Of a stretch of 64,000 bases of DNA, positions 18,498 through 28,669 are shown piece by piece. Source of the DNA: an uncultured Clostridia bacterium. Its GTDB lineage: Bacteria; Bacillota; Clostridia; Oscillospirales; CAG-272. The notes under the pieces were generated by a model. That model was not told the DNA's origin, ran no database searches, and saw only the letters and a list, made by a program, of their open reading frames with translations. Position numbers and translations under genes: made by a program. The stretch is taken from contig CANRMP010000013.1 in the NCBI GenBank assembly GCA_947631765.1, positions 141 to 64,140 on the forward strand, written 5' to 3'. How positions within the stretch are numbered: position 1 is the first letter of the stretch; each line of letters starts with the position of its first letter.

Positions 18498-19217
18498 TTA
18501 CTTGCTATTGTCGATTCTCGGAACCCAAGGGCAGATAAGCTCTTTAACTCTGTAATCGGGAGCCGCCCATTTTACCGCGTTTCTTATTACCGTCTGAACG
18601 TCGGGAATGTAATAGGTCGGATATGTTTCATGTCCGGGCTGGAAATAAAAGATCTTTCCGTAGCCTCTCTTATAACAGCATCCGCTTCTGAAAACCTCGC
18701 CGCTGTCATACCAGTTTATCATAAGAGTGGTGTCGGGTTCGGGAATACCGAAGGGTTCGGTGTACATCTCCTCATGCGGAATCTCGATATATCTGCCGAG
18801 TCCCTTAGCGATGGGATGGGAGGGATCGCATATCCATGTGCGGCAGAAATCGCCGTCCTCGCGCCAGTTAACGTTGCATGTGGTGCCCATTAAAAACCTG
18901 AAGGGCTTGCTGTGATGTCCCGAGTGAAGAACGACAAAGCCCATGCCCTTAAGAACGCTGTCGCGCACTCTTGCGGCAACTGTGTCGGGAACCTCGTGAT
19001 GCTTCATATGCCCCCACCAGATAAGCACGTCGGTGTCATCAAGCACCTCCTGTGTCAGTCCGCACTCCTCGTCAAGAAGAGTCGCACAGCGCACGCTGAT
19101 TTCATCCGAGGCTAAAAAGTCGGCAATAGCCTTGTGTATTCCCTCGGGGTATATCTTTTTTACCGCCTCTTCGGTTCTTTCATGGCAAAATTCGTTCCAA
19201 ACTGTAACTTTAATCAT
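18498..19217 (-). CDS. ThuA-domain protein (trehalose-utilisation-like, class I glutamine-amidotransferase-like fold)
   Basis: MIKVTVWNEF..YPEGIH..DVLIWWGH..VLHSGHHSK..LMGTTC matches the ThuA family pattern. Confidence 0.8.
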   Translation of the reverse strand: MIKVTVWNEFCHERTEEAVKKIYPEGIHKAIADFLASDEISVRCATLLDEECGLTQEVLDDTDVLIWWGHMKHHEVPDTVAARVRDSVLKGMGFVVLHSGHHSKPFRFLMGTTCNVNWREDGDFCRTWICDPSHPIAKGLGRYIEIPHEEMYTEPFGIPEPDTTLMINWYDSGEVFRSGCCYKRGYGKIFYFQPGHETYPTYYIPDVQTVIRNAVKWAAPDYRVKELICPWVPRIDNSK

Positions 19218-19475
19218 TATCGATTACCTCCATACCGTTTATTTTGTCAATTGTCCGTTTTTAAGGTCAAAAAACGATTGTTTACAAATATTATATATTA
19301 AAAATCTCCTAAAGTCAACATGATTTATCGGCGCTTCGAAAAAAAGTTTTAAATTTTTGCGGCAAGGTCGCCGCATAGCACGCGCAAAGCCGGAATTTCG
19401 GCTGAAAAGAAAGAGAACTTTACACTTTGTTAATAAAAACCGGTAGTTAAATTTACACTAAAATCCGACCGGTAC

Positions 19476-19504
19476 TTGACGTTTTTTTGTTATTATGTTA
19501 TAAT
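19476..19504 (+). promoter_or_regulatory. Consensus-like sigma-A promoter for the MoxR operon
   Basis: TTGACG (19476-19481), 17-nt spacer, TATAAT (19499-19504). Confidence 0.55.
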
Positions 19505-19552
19505 GAAAAATAATTGTAAACGTTTATTTTATTAACAGACACGGAGGCAAAA

Positions 19553-20551
19553 ATGAGCAACAAACAAGACGAAGCTTTTAACTTTAATTTTATGGACGCC
19601 GCGGAATGGGCAAAGAAGATCATTTCCGAAACCGAAAAGGTTGTCGTGGGCAAAAGAAGAGAAATAACTCTTCTTGTATGCGCCCTTCTTTCCGGTTCGC
19701 ATATTCTTATCGAGGACGTTCCAGGAGTCGGCAAAACCACTCTTGCGGCGGCGCTTGCCAAAGCCGCGGGGCTTTCATTTAAGCGCGCGCAGTTCACTCC
19801 CGACGTCATGGCGTCGGATATCACCGGCTTTAACATTTACAACCGTCAGACCGAGAGATTTGAGTTCAAAGAAGGACTTGTCATGGCAAATATCCTGCTC
19901 GGCGACGAAATTAACCGCGCCTCGCCCAAAACCCAGTCCGCTCTGCTTGAGGCAATGGAAGAGGCGAAGGTGACGGTTGACGGCGTAACGTACGAGCTTC
20001 CGACCCCCTTCATGGTGATTGCAACCCAAAACCCGCAGGGCTTTGTGGGAACCTTCCCCCTTCCCGAGGCTCAGCTTGACCGTTTTGCGATAAAAATAAG
20101 CATGGGTTACCCCACAGAGGCACAGGAAACACAGATTCTGACAAACCGCAAGGGCGTCAATCCTCTTGACTCGATAAGCGCCGTTACCGGTATCGACGAG
20201 GTTATAAAAATGAGAAAGGTAGTGTCCAATCTCGAAATTGACGAGGCGGTCTGCAAGTATATTGTCAGCCTTGTTTCCGCTACAAGAAAGCACCCCTCGG
20301 TGAATCTCGGCGCATCGCCCCGCGCATCGCTCGCGGTTATGAGAATGACTCAGGCTTGGGCGTTTATGCAGGGCAGAGAGTACGCACTGCCCGAGGACGT
20401 CAAGGCGGTATTCAGAAACGTTATCGCCCACAGAATAGTCCTCACCCAGGAAGCAAAGCTGAATCACGTTTCGGTCGAGGCAATACTTACCGAAATTATA
20501 AACCAGACCGAAGTTCCCTTTAAGGGCGCAAGAGGCGCCACCGCTTCTTAA
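19553..20551 (+). CDS. MoxR-family AAA+ ATPase
   Basis: Walker A PGVGKTTLA, Walker B/sensor LGDEINRASPKTQSALLEAMEE, IATQNP. Confidence 0.9.
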   Translation: MSNKQDEAFNFNFMDAAEWAKKIISETEKVVVGKRREITLLVCALLSGSHILIEDVPGVGKTTLAAALAKAAGLSFKRAQFTPDVMASDITGFNIYNRQTERFEFKEGLVMANILLGDEINRASPKTQSALLEAMEEAKVTVDGVTYELPTPFMVIATQNPQGFVGTFPLPEAQLDRFAIKISMGYPTEAQETQILTNRKGVNPLDSISAVTGIDEVIKMRKVVSNLEIDEAVCKYIVSLVSATRKHPSVNLGASPRASLAVMRMTQAWAFMQGREYALPEDVKAVFRNVIAHRIVLTQEAKLNHVSVEAILTEIINQTEVPFKGARGATAS

Positions 20552-20614
20552 AAAATCTGCCTGTTCCGAGCCGTCGGAATGAAACTTAAATAAAAGAAAG
20601 GCATAATTTTACCG

Positions 20615-22021
20615 ATGAATGACAAAACAAGGGCGTTTGCAGAGAAAATAAAAGCTCTTATCGCCCGAATTCCCCGATTTAACAAATCAAGCGACGAAAA
20701 TGAGCCGAAGCCTTTGCCGAAATTCAGATTCCATCGGAATTTTTGGATTCTCGTCATACTTATTCCCTTCGCCCTGCTCTTCACACAGGCGCTGATTTCA
20801 CCGGTATCGGCGGTTATTTTCGTATTTATCATCCTGCTTCCGATTATTTCACTGCTTTACATGCTGCTTGGAATTGTATGCATTAAGCTTTACCTTAACA
20901 GCAGCACCACAGAGACCGAGAAAATGAGCGAGGTGAGCTTTTCGCTCGCGCTTTCAAACGAGTCCCCGATTCCCTTTCCCTTTGTGGAAGCGGTCATAAC
21001 AATTCCCGGAGACAACGCGATAAGATCGGATTCTCAGCTGACAATGCTCTCGCTGATTCCCTTCGGAAGCTACGTCATTGATAAAACCGTGGTCTTTAAG
21101 TACCGCGGAGCTTACGATATCGGCGTTTCAGACCTCTTTATTCACGATTTCTTTCACTTTTTCTCACTTAGAGTCGAAATAAATCTGTTCAGGCAGATTT
21201 ACGTGCTCCCCCGCACCCTCATTATGCCCGAAAAGAACATCGCGGAAACGACGATTGAAAACACCGAGACCGTTGTGAGAGGGCTTGGAAGCGACAACAC
21301 CGAGACAAGCGATATAAGAAATTACATAGAGGGCGATTCGCTTCGCTCGATACACTGGAAGCTTTCGGTAAAAGCCGACGAGCTTATGGTGAAGCAGTAT
21401 TCTCAAAACAGCGAAATTCAAACTTTTATTCTCTGTGACACCGCAAGAAGGTATGCGCCCGACAACAACAAGTTTGAAAACGATATAAACGAGTTTTCGG
21501 TCGACGGAGTGGTCGAGGCGGCAATAGCGATTGTCGGCAGTCTTTTGTCAAAGCCCAACAACTCTGTGACTTTGGCTTGGTTTGACTCGCGCAGCAGCTC
21601 GGACGTCTGCTCGCTCAAGTTTTCGAGCCTGCATGAATTTGAACAGGCATACCGTTTCTTTGCAACCTCCCCAGTCACCTCCACCGACAAGACCCTTCTT
21701 GAGCTTTTCACGAGTATTCGAGCCGAAAGCTCGGAAAACACCTCGGTAATATGCGTCACCGGCTGTCCCGACAAAAACTTTGCCCCGTGTGTGAGCGCAA
21801 TTAAATCCGCCGTGCCCTTTGGCATGGAGACTTACGTGTTCACCCCGGGCGAAAAGGTTCTGCCCTCTTACAAGGACGCGTTTTACTCTGAGGTACAAAA
21901 TTGCCTTAGCGACCTTTCAAGGCACGGCATCTCGTCCTATTCGGCGCATTTTGAGGTTGCAAACGCACGTAACATAAACACCGGAAAGGAGGCTGGCGAA
22001 ATTGAAAAAGAAGAAAAATAA
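20615..22021 (+). CDS. DUF58-domain protein (MoxR partner, vWA-like) with N-terminal TM helices
   Basis: DIRNYIEGDSLRSIHWKLSVKADELMVKQY is the DUF58 signature. Confidence 0.8.
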   Translation: MNDKTRAFAEKIKALIARIPRFNKSSDENEPKPLPKFRFHRNFWILVILIPFALLFTQALISPVSAVIFVFIILLPIISLLYMLLGIVCIKLYLNSSTTETEKMSEVSFSLALSNESPIPFPFVEAVITIPGDNAIRSDSQLTMLSLIPFGSYVIDKTVVFKYRGAYDIGVSDLFIHDFFHFFSLRVEINLFRQIYVLPRTLIMPEKNIAETTIENTETVVRGLGSDNTETSDIRNYIEGDSLRSIHWKLSVKADELMVKQYSQNSEIQTFILCDTARRYAPDNNKFENDINEFSVDGVVEAAIAIVGSLLSKPNNSVTLAWFDSRSSSDVCSLKFSSLHEFEQAYRFFATSPVTSTDKTLLELFTSIRAESSENTSVICVTGCPDKNFAPCVSAIKSAVPFGMETYVFTPGEKVLPSYKDAFYSEVQNCLSDLSRHGISSYSAHFEVANARNINTGKEAGEIEKEEK

Positions 22022-24896
22022 CGCACCTTCTCTTTCCAAGGAAGAAAAAAAGAAAGCCAAAAAGGAGAAAAAGCTCCTAAAGAAGGAAAAGAAGCTCGCA
22101 AAGAAAAACAGATATCAGCTGTATGACCCGAGCAAGATGCAGGGCTCATGGCTTACAATGTGTATCGGCTATTTTCTTCGCTTCTTTGCAATAGGCTTTT
22201 CAATCTTCGGAGTTTGCACCCTTGTTTGCGACGCCTTTTTGCTCACCGAGGTAAGCTGGATACCGCTTCTTATATACTGCGTATTCATTGTCAGCGCCTT
22301 CTCGCTTATATTTATCGGCGGATGGCTCATCCTTGCGGGTATAGGACTGCTCGGCGCATATGTCGGAATATTCTTTGCCTTTGCCGGCAATCTCCTTACT
22401 TTCTATGTTTCGGGCTTTGAGGTTCTTATAAACAGAGTTATGGAGCGCCTCTCCTCAAGAGGCTTTGCCGCAACCGGAAATATATCGCTGCCGAATTTCG
22501 GAGGAATAGATTACGAGCTTCTGATATACGGCGGAGTGTTCGGAGTTGCCACAGTGCTCGGTCTGATTTTTGCCGCCTTTTCGGCAAAACGCACCCGACT
22601 TATACCGATGCTGATTTTCGGGGGCGGACTGTGCGTTGTATGCTTTACATACAACCTTTGCAACACAAACTGGGGTATTGCCTGCGTGCTTGCGGGTCTT
22701 TGCTCCGCAATTGTACTTTCGGCATACGATAAAATTTACCGCAGTCATAAAAAATCCAAAAAAAGTCGGGCGTACAGCGGATATTCCGCCGCCATTGCCG
22801 GCGTGCTCGCAATGGCAATTCTGCTTATCCCGACAATAAGCATAAAAGACCGTTTTGTCGAAATTGAGCCTATAAGCCAAAGCATGGAGGACGCGCGGCT
22901 GATTCTCACCACCATTTTAACCGGCGGAAACCCCAAGTTCAACAAGATGAACACCGCTCAAAGAGAGGTCTCGGCAAAAATCACCGATTTTGAGCCTACC
23001 GGAGCTGTTCTTTTCACTGTCGGTTCCGAGATGTCAAAGCGCAACGTTTACCTTCGCGGCTGGATAGGAAGCAATTATTCGCCCAAAAACGACACCTGGA
23101 CAATGCTTAACGACGACGATTACACGAGTCTTAGAAAAGAAGTGCAAAACGAATCCTCCGGCTTTACCGGAGACGATATCACCGCCATGCTGTACGGACT
23201 TTTTGACAGCAACGTCAATTCGTCCGGAAAAGGATATTATTCAAACACAAGGCTTGGCTTTGTGTCAAGCGTTATTGACATCGAGTATGTGAGAAACACC
23301 GGACTTTTGTACGTTCTGCCATCCGCATACAACAGCCTGCGCGGACTTTTCGAGTTCGAATCGCGCACAGAAGGCTACAATGAAAGAATGGAGCTTTATT
23401 CTGACGGTATCTACCGCTCGTCCTGGTTCAATCTCAAAAAGTCATATTCCGCCTATGCCATAACCCCGACCTATATTGAAAAAACCTACGCCGAAGACGC
23501 GGAAAAAATGATACTGTACTATCAGCTTTTAAAACAGCAGATAGATAACAGCCACGGCTATGCAAACTCCGAGGAGAATATCGCCGCATTTCAAGAAATA
23601 CTTGAGAGCAACAATATAGCATATTTCGGAGTAGAGCCGCTCAGTAACTATCTTGGCATGAACAACTCGCAAAAGCTTGAATGGTACAAAAATTACATCT
23701 CGCTTGTCACCTCATATACCGCTTATGTGAATGACTTCTATACAGAAGTCAATATCACCGAAGGACTTCAAAAGGTATACGACGAGATAAAGCCCGAGGT
23801 GGAAAAGCAAAGTACAACTCACGATAAGCTAATGTGCGTTATTGACTATCTTGTCAAAAACTATGAATACAGCTTGACTCCCACAAAGCCGAGCGGCAGG
23901 TATGAAAGCGATCTTGACTCCTTCCTGCTTGAAACCAAAAACGGATACTGCGTTCAGTTTGCCACCGCCGCAACCCTCCTTTTCAGAATGATGGGATATC
24001 CCGCAAGATATGTGCAGGGGTACGTTGCAACCGGCTTTGAAAAGCCGAAAAAGCTCACCGATGAGCAAATCGCAAACGGAGAAAAGCTTCCCGCCGCCCC
24101 GTACGTTTCAGAGGTGACAGACGAAAATGCGCACGCATGGGTGGAGGTCTATATCGACGGGCTCGGCTGGCGCACCTATGAACCCACCCCGGTTTACTAC
24201 GTCAATATCTATGAGTATAAGGATGAATTAAAAGACAATCTTGACCGCTTCGACGAGGAAGGAAAGCTTATACCCGACGAAACCGAAACCACCGACGACG
24301 AAACCGAAACCACTCCTCCGACAACCTCAACCGAGCCTCAAACGACAACTCCCGAAGAGGAAGAAAAGGAAACCTCCGCTCGCCTTCCCTTTAACGTAAA
24401 AACCGCCATAACCCTTCTTATTTACATTATTGTAATTGCCGCCGTCATTATACTTCTTATCTGGCAGATAAAACGCGCGCGGAAAATCGTCGATACAAGG
24501 CGGTATATAATCGACCGTGCAATGTACGGTTCGTTTGAAAGCGAAAAGGACAAAAACAGCGTGGCGTCTCTTGTCTGCGACTCGATTTATGACGTGCATT
24601 ACATAATAGGCAACCGTCCGCGCATGGGCGAGGACCCGACCCAGTTTGCCGCAAGAGTGGATAACCCCGACCTCACAAAGCCGGAAGAGGTCAAAAAACA
24701 GCGCCGTTCCCTCACCCTGCCCCACACATTCGGCGAAATCACAGCCCTTATCGAAAAGCAGGAGTTCGGAAACGTGCTGACGCGCGAAGAACTCACAACC
24801 CTTGGCGAGTACCTTGCCGAGTTTACAAGAGTTGAGTACAAAGCGCTGAATATCTTTAAAAAGATATGGTACAGATACATAAGGTTCATGATTTAA
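22002..24896 (+). CDS. Transglutaminase-like polytopic membrane protein (TgpA-like)
   Basis: Multiple TM helices. Cys-His-Asp core NGYCVQFAT..NAHAWVEVY..WRTYEPT. Lys-rich N-terminus. The start is uncertain (TTG at 22002 overlaps the previous gene). Confidence 0.8.
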   Translation: MKKKKNNAPSLSKEEKKKAKKEKKLLKKEKKLAKKNRYQLYDPSKMQGSWLTMCIGYFLRFFAIGFSIFGVCTLVCDAFLLTEVSWIPLLIYCVFIVSAFSLIFIGGWLILAGIGLLGAYVGIFFAFAGNLLTFYVSGFEVLINRVMERLSSRGFAATGNISLPNFGGIDYELLIYGGVFGVATVLGLIFAAFSAKRTRLIPMLIFGGGLCVVCFTYNLCNTNWGIACVLAGLCSAIVLSAYDKIYRSHKKSKKSRAYSGYSAAIAGVLAMAILLIPTISIKDRFVEIEPISQSMEDARLILTTILTGGNPKFNKMNTAQREVSAKITDFEPTGAVLFTVGSEMSKRNVYLRGWIGSNYSPKNDTWTMLNDDDYTSLRKEVQNESSGFTGDDITAMLYGLFDSNVNSSGKGYYSNTRLGFVSSVIDIEYVRNTGLLYVLPSAYNSLRGLFEFESRTEGYNERMELYSDGIYRSSWFNLKKSYSAYAITPTYIEKTYAEDAEKMILYYQLLKQQIDNSHGYANSEENIAAFQEILESNNIAYFGVEPLSNYLGMNNSQKLEWYKNYISLVTSYTAYVNDFYTEVNITEGLQKVYDEIKPEVEKQSTTHDKLMCVIDYLVKNYEYSLTPTKPSGRYESDLDSFLLETKNGYCVQFATAATLLFRMMGYPARYVQGYVATGFEKPKKLTDEQIANGEKLPAAPYVSEVTDENAHAWVEVYIDGLGWRTYEPTPVYYVNIYEYKDELKDNLDRFDEEGKLIPDETETTDDETETTPPTTSTEPQTTTPEEEEKETSARLPFNVKTAITLLIYIIVIAAVIILLIWQIKRARKIVDTRRYIIDRAMYGSFESEKDKNSVASLVCDSIYDVHYIIGNRPRMGEDPTQFAARVDNPDLTKPEEVKKQRRSLTLPHTFGEITALIEKQEFGNVLTREELTTLGEYLAEFTRVEYKALNIFKKIWYRYIRFMI

Positions 24897-24960
24897 ACCT
24901 TCTGCAAAGGGATTTTCCCATAGCACGTTAAAAATCTTATTCGCAATAACATAATAATTT

Positions 24961-25000
24961 GCCCCGTGCACATTTCGGCGCGCCGAAATGTGCACGGGGC
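24961..25000. terminator. Perfect 40-nt palindrome, bidirectional terminator between convergent genes
   Basis: GCCCCGTGCACATTTCGGCG/CGCCGAAATGTGCACGGGGC, with T-rich flanks on both strands. Confidence 0.7.
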
Positions 25001-25014
25001 TTGCTTTTGATTTT

Positions 25015-28000
25015 TTATCCTTCGGTAGGATTATTAAAGAATCCGGCGACAGTCCAATCGGCGTGGTCGTTGGTATTGCCGTCATAATGACCTTCGAAAA
25101 CGTACAGGCGTATTTGCTTTGCGCCCTCCGGGATATCGATATCAAACACATAGTGCTGACCGATTTTTATAAGCGAGGAGGCGTCAACCTGAACGCCGTC
25201 TATATAGACGTAGAACATCATGCTCTCTCCGCCGCTCTTTTCAAGGTCGCATCCCGCAACTGCAAGGAACTTTTGCGCTCCGCTCGGGATATTCATAACT
25301 ATATCCGAGGTGGCGTGTGTACCGATGCCGTGGGTAAAGGTCTTGCCGGCAAGGGTGAGTCTGTTGCCGTCAACCGACTGATTTTTGTGTATTTCACCCC
25401 AGCCTATTGTTGCGCTTATCCAGTTAAGCTCGGCGGCAAAAACGTCAACCGTACTTTCCGACCAATATATAAATCTTTCATTTGTCTCGGCATAGCAGAC
25501 GCCGTCCTGCACAAGGTAGGCTTTAAGGGTCAGATAATAATGCTTTGAGTCGGGAACCTTGAAGCTTTTGAGCGGCAGAGCGTCCGAAAGAGTCGAATCC
25601 TTGCCCACGGAAATCAAAACCGAGGGCGAGTCGTAGGGGCTTGCGGTAAAGCTGACGTCAATCTTGTCGCCGGCAGTTATTACCTTGCAGGTGGAAGCGG
25701 TAAAGGTGATAAGCGGGCGGGAGGTGTAATTATCCATGCTTCCGAGATTATAAACCGCGCTATAACCGAGCTTTAAGAGCGCGTCGAGCGCCTGAGCCGA
25801 GCGTTTTGCGGCTGAACAGTAGACAATTATGGGCTGTGCCTTGTCGGAAATCAGATTTTCTATTTCGCTTGCAACCTTGGAATATTCAAGATTTACGGCA
25901 TTTTCAATATGTCCTGCCGCATATTCCTCGGGAGAGCGCACGTCAAGCAGTATTGCACCCTTTGAGACAAGTGAGGATGCTGTCATCGGTCCTATATGGT
26001 AATCTGACACAGAGGAAATATTCACCTCTGTCTCCTGCATTTTAGTGAGCGGGAGATTGTTTTCATTCCAGAGATAAACCTCAATCTTTCCCACAAAGCC
26101 CGAAGGAACCTCGGGGATTATCTCCTCTCTTATCGGCTCCTCACCGACCTTTAGAGGCTTAGAGTCGATAAATGCGATTTTGCCCTCGCTGTCCCTCATA
26201 ACCGTGTGAAGAATTGCGCCCTTGCTTGTAGCAGTGGCGTTTACAACCGCCTTTACTACACCGTCCTTGTCTTTTTTAAGCACGGGAGCCTTGAGAGTGT
26301 CGTCTTTTGCGACCATGCTCAGCGCAACGCCCTCGACGTTGACGCTGTCGTCATTGCCGAGATTTGCAGTCACAGTCCATTTAAGATACGCGGTGGTCGG
26401 AATATCACTTGAATAGGTCATTGTCACCAGCCTGTCTTCTTTTCTGCCCCCGCCGCCTTTTATCTCCTCAAACGCCAGGACCTTGCCGCCGATAATCATC
26501 TCAATGCGCATGTCCGCCGAATATGAGCCGACAGAGACCGAAAGAGTTCTGACGTTTTTGTCGCAGGGGGTGGATACTACCATAAACGCACCCAAATTGA
26601 CAACTCCGATACCGTGCGAGGAGGAGCCGCGGGCGGTCGTTTGATCTCCGTTTGTCCAGCTGTATCTTGCGGCGGCGTTGTCATATGAAACGTAGCGCCC
26701 GTCATAGTAGAGACTTATTTCCCCCGAGCCGTCCTTCATGCGGGTGGGAGTGCTTGCATAGTGTACCCAGTCGTACTTTCCGAGCTTTGTAAGATCAATC
26801 GAGGAGGGCTTTGCCTCAATATTCATCTCTGCAACCGGCGTTGAGCCGTCCTCTGTCAGTATATCGGGAAGCTGTGTGCCCTTTATCGGCACAGGCGTAC
26901 CCTCGGCGGTATATACCATCGTGCCGTGAGCGGGAATAGTCACTGTAAAGGAATCACCGGTTGAAATGTTCTCATGCGCCCAGAGATCGCGCACTGCCCC
27001 GACGTCTGCAAGCCCAAGCTCACGAAAAGATATGGTTACTGTCGTTTTTTGATTTGAGCGGTTGAGAAGGGCAATAGCCTTTTTACCCGCGTCCGCCTTG
27101 CCGAGATCCTTTGTCCACGCCTCAACCGAGCCGTAATTTGCGGCAACCGTCGCCTGAATGCAGGCGGGGTCCTGGTCTATATCTATAAGCTCCTTGTTGG
27201 ATACAATTGACAAGGTCTCGTTTGAAATGCTGTTAAGGTCCATTCCGAGCATAAGCGGGGTGGACATCATGCACCACATGGCAAAGTGGGACTTGTCCTC
27301 CTCATAGGTCATTCCGTTACCCACTTGAAGCATGTCAAGGTCGTTGACGTGTCCCGGACCGTTGTACTTTGCAAGCGATTTGATATTATCTATCTGATAA
27401 AGTATCGATTCAAAGGTGTTGTTGATATCACCGCCCGTGCGCCAAGAGTCGGCAACGTCAAGCACCCATTCGCCGGGGAAGCTCCAACAGCAGACGTTGT
27501 ATATTTTGTCCTTTCCGGTTCTTTTTTCAATGTCGGCAACCACCCTTCCAATGGCGGTATAGCGGTCCTTTTGGCTGAGACCGAGGCGCTGACCTCCGCA
27601 CCAATCCACCTTGATAAAATCGTAGCCCCATTCGACAAAATAGCGCTCAAGGTCGGTTTCGTCATGCCCGTAAAGCCCGACGTTGCCGTTATTATTATCG
27701 CCGTCGGATATCGAGCCGCAGGTGAGCTCTCCCGCGTCCGTGTAAATGCCGACCTTAAAGCCCATTGAGTGAATCGTGTCGGCAAGCGACTTCATGCCCG
27801 AGGGAAAGCGTTCGGTGTTTATATTGACATAGCCGTCGCTTCCTCTGCCGTTCTGCCAGCCGTCGTCCACATTGACGAATACATAGCCGAGGTCTGCAAG
27901 CCCGAGCTCACGAAGCTTTTTTGCCTGAGAGAGAATGGCGCCCTCGGATATTTCCGAGCGGTAGGCATTCCAGGACGACCAGCCCATAATGGGCGTCTTG

Positions 28001-28140
28001 CGGGATTCGACCTCGCTTTCCTCTTCCTTTTCACTTGCAAATGAGAGGGTGGGAAGCGCGGGGAGCAGCATACCGCCAAGGAGTGTAAGCGACAAAATGC
28101 CCGCCGCCGTCCTGCAAAGTATTTTTCCGAATGACCTCAT
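25015..28140 (-). CDS. Secreted GH27 alpha-galactosidase with Ig-like modules, an embedded rhodanese domain and a C-terminal NPCBM domain
   Basis: Signal peptide. GH27 core PIMGWSSWNAY..VNVDDGWQ..IKVDWCG. Rhodanese ILLDVRSPEEYAAGHIENAVNL..IIVYCSAAKRS (about nt 25730-26000). NPCBM-like ATIGWGEIHKNQSVDGNRLTLAGKTFTHGIGTHA. Confidence 0.85.
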   Translation of the reverse strand: MRSFGKILCRTAAGILSLTLLGGMLLPALPTLSFASEKEEESEVESRKTPIMGWSSWNAYRSEISEGAILSQAKKLRELGLADLGYVFVNVDDGWQNGRGSDGYVNINTERFPSGMKSLADTIHSMGFKVGIYTDAGELTCGSISDGDNNNGNVGLYGHDETDLERYFVEWGYDFIKVDWCGGQRLGLSQKDRYTAIGRVVADIEKRTGKDKIYNVCCWSFPGEWVLDVADSWRTGGDINNTFESILYQIDNIKSLAKYNGPGHVNDLDMLQVGNGMTYEEDKSHFAMWCMMSTPLMLGMDLNSISNETLSIVSNKELIDIDQDPACIQATVAANYGSVEAWTKDLGKADAGKKAIALLNRSNQKTTVTISFRELGLADVGAVRDLWAHENISTGDSFTVTIPAHGTMVYTAEGTPVPIKGTQLPDILTEDGSTPVAEMNIEAKPSSIDLTKLGKYDWVHYASTPTRMKDGSGEISLYYDGRYVSYDNAAARYSWTNGDQTTARGSSSHGIGVVNLGAFMVVSTPCDKNVRTLSVSVGSYSADMRIEMIIGGKVLAFEEIKGGGGRKEDRLVTMTYSSDIPTTAYLKWTVTANLGNDDSVNVEGVALSMVAKDDTLKAPVLKKDKDGVVKAVVNATATSKGAILHTVMRDSEGKIAFIDSKPLKVGEEPIREEIIPEVPSGFVGKIEVYLWNENNLPLTKMQETEVNISSVSDYHIGPMTASSLVSKGAILLDVRSPEEYAAGHIENAVNLEYSKVASEIENLISDKAQPIIVYCSAAKRSAQALDALLKLGYSAVYNLGSMDNYTSRPLITFTASTCKVITAGDKIDVSFTASPYDSPSVLISVGKDSTLSDALPLKSFKVPDSKHYYLTLKAYLVQDGVCYAETNERFIYWSESTVDVFAAELNWISATIGWGEIHKNQSVDGNRLTLAGKTFTHGIGTHATSDIVMNIPSGAQKFLAVAGCDLEKSGGESMMFYVYIDGVQVDASSLIKIGQHYVFDIDIPEGAKQIRLYVFEGHYDGNTNDHADWTVAGFFNNPTEG

Positions 28141-28141
28141 G

Positions 28142-28558
28142 TTATTTCACCTCCGAAATATAGCTTCCGCTCTCAGCGGTCAAGATAATGTAAACCGGCT
28201 CATTTTCGGCTTTAAGAGTCAGCGTGTGCGTTCCCTTGCCGTCCTTGTCAAGGCAAATTTGCCCTATGTCCGAAAGACAGGCGCTTGCATTTTCAGACCA
28301 CGTGTACTGATACTGCGGGTCTAAAATCGCCACAAGGGACACCTCTTTCCCCGCGCACTCGGTAAGCGTGATATTCACTGTAACGGCAGCGCCGTTTTTG
28401 GTGCAGCTCATTATCCCGTCTGCCGGGGTTGCTGCAGGCTTCTCTTTTTCGGTGGTCGCGGCGGTTGAATTTTCAGGCTGTTCCTTGCCCTTACAGCCGC
28501 ACAGCACGCCGCAAACGACAAGCAGCAAAGCGCAAATGCAGACAATAATTTTTTTCAT
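28142..28558 (-). CDS. Small lipoprotein, unknown function, co-transcribed upstream of the GH27 gene
   Basis: MKKIIVCICALLLVVCGVLCGC is a signal peptide with lipobox. Start moved to ATG 28558, behind the GGGAG RBS. Its stop lies 1 nt from the GH27 start. Confidence 0.6.
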   Translation of the reverse strand: MKKIIVCICALLLVVCGVLCGCKGKEQPENSTAATTEKEKPAATPADGIMSCTKNGAAVTVNITLTECAGKEVSLVAILDPQYQYTWSENASACLSDIGQICLDKDGKGTHTLTLKAENEPVYIILTAESGSYISEVK

Positions 28559-28669
28559 AATAATTTTCTCCCTTTTAGTACTTATTTTTATTTTACTATT
28601 TACAAATCTCCTTGTACATGCTATAATGTTGTATGAACATGTAATTTTGTTGCATTTGAGGATAATAAA

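Noticed and set aside
19775-20467. Long antisense shadow ORFs inside well-supported genes (19775-20467, 24327-25151, 27286-27768, 30579-31091, 34749-35423, 40152-40847, 62490-63167 and others)
   Set aside because: Each lies opposite a gene with clear family motifs, lacks an RBS and has atypical composition. These are typical shadow frames.
19553-24896. MoxR-DUF58-transglutaminase operon as a candidate novel system
   Set aside because: This three-gene arrangement is widespread and long known in bacteria (its function is still unclear). Nothing here departs from the usual pattern.
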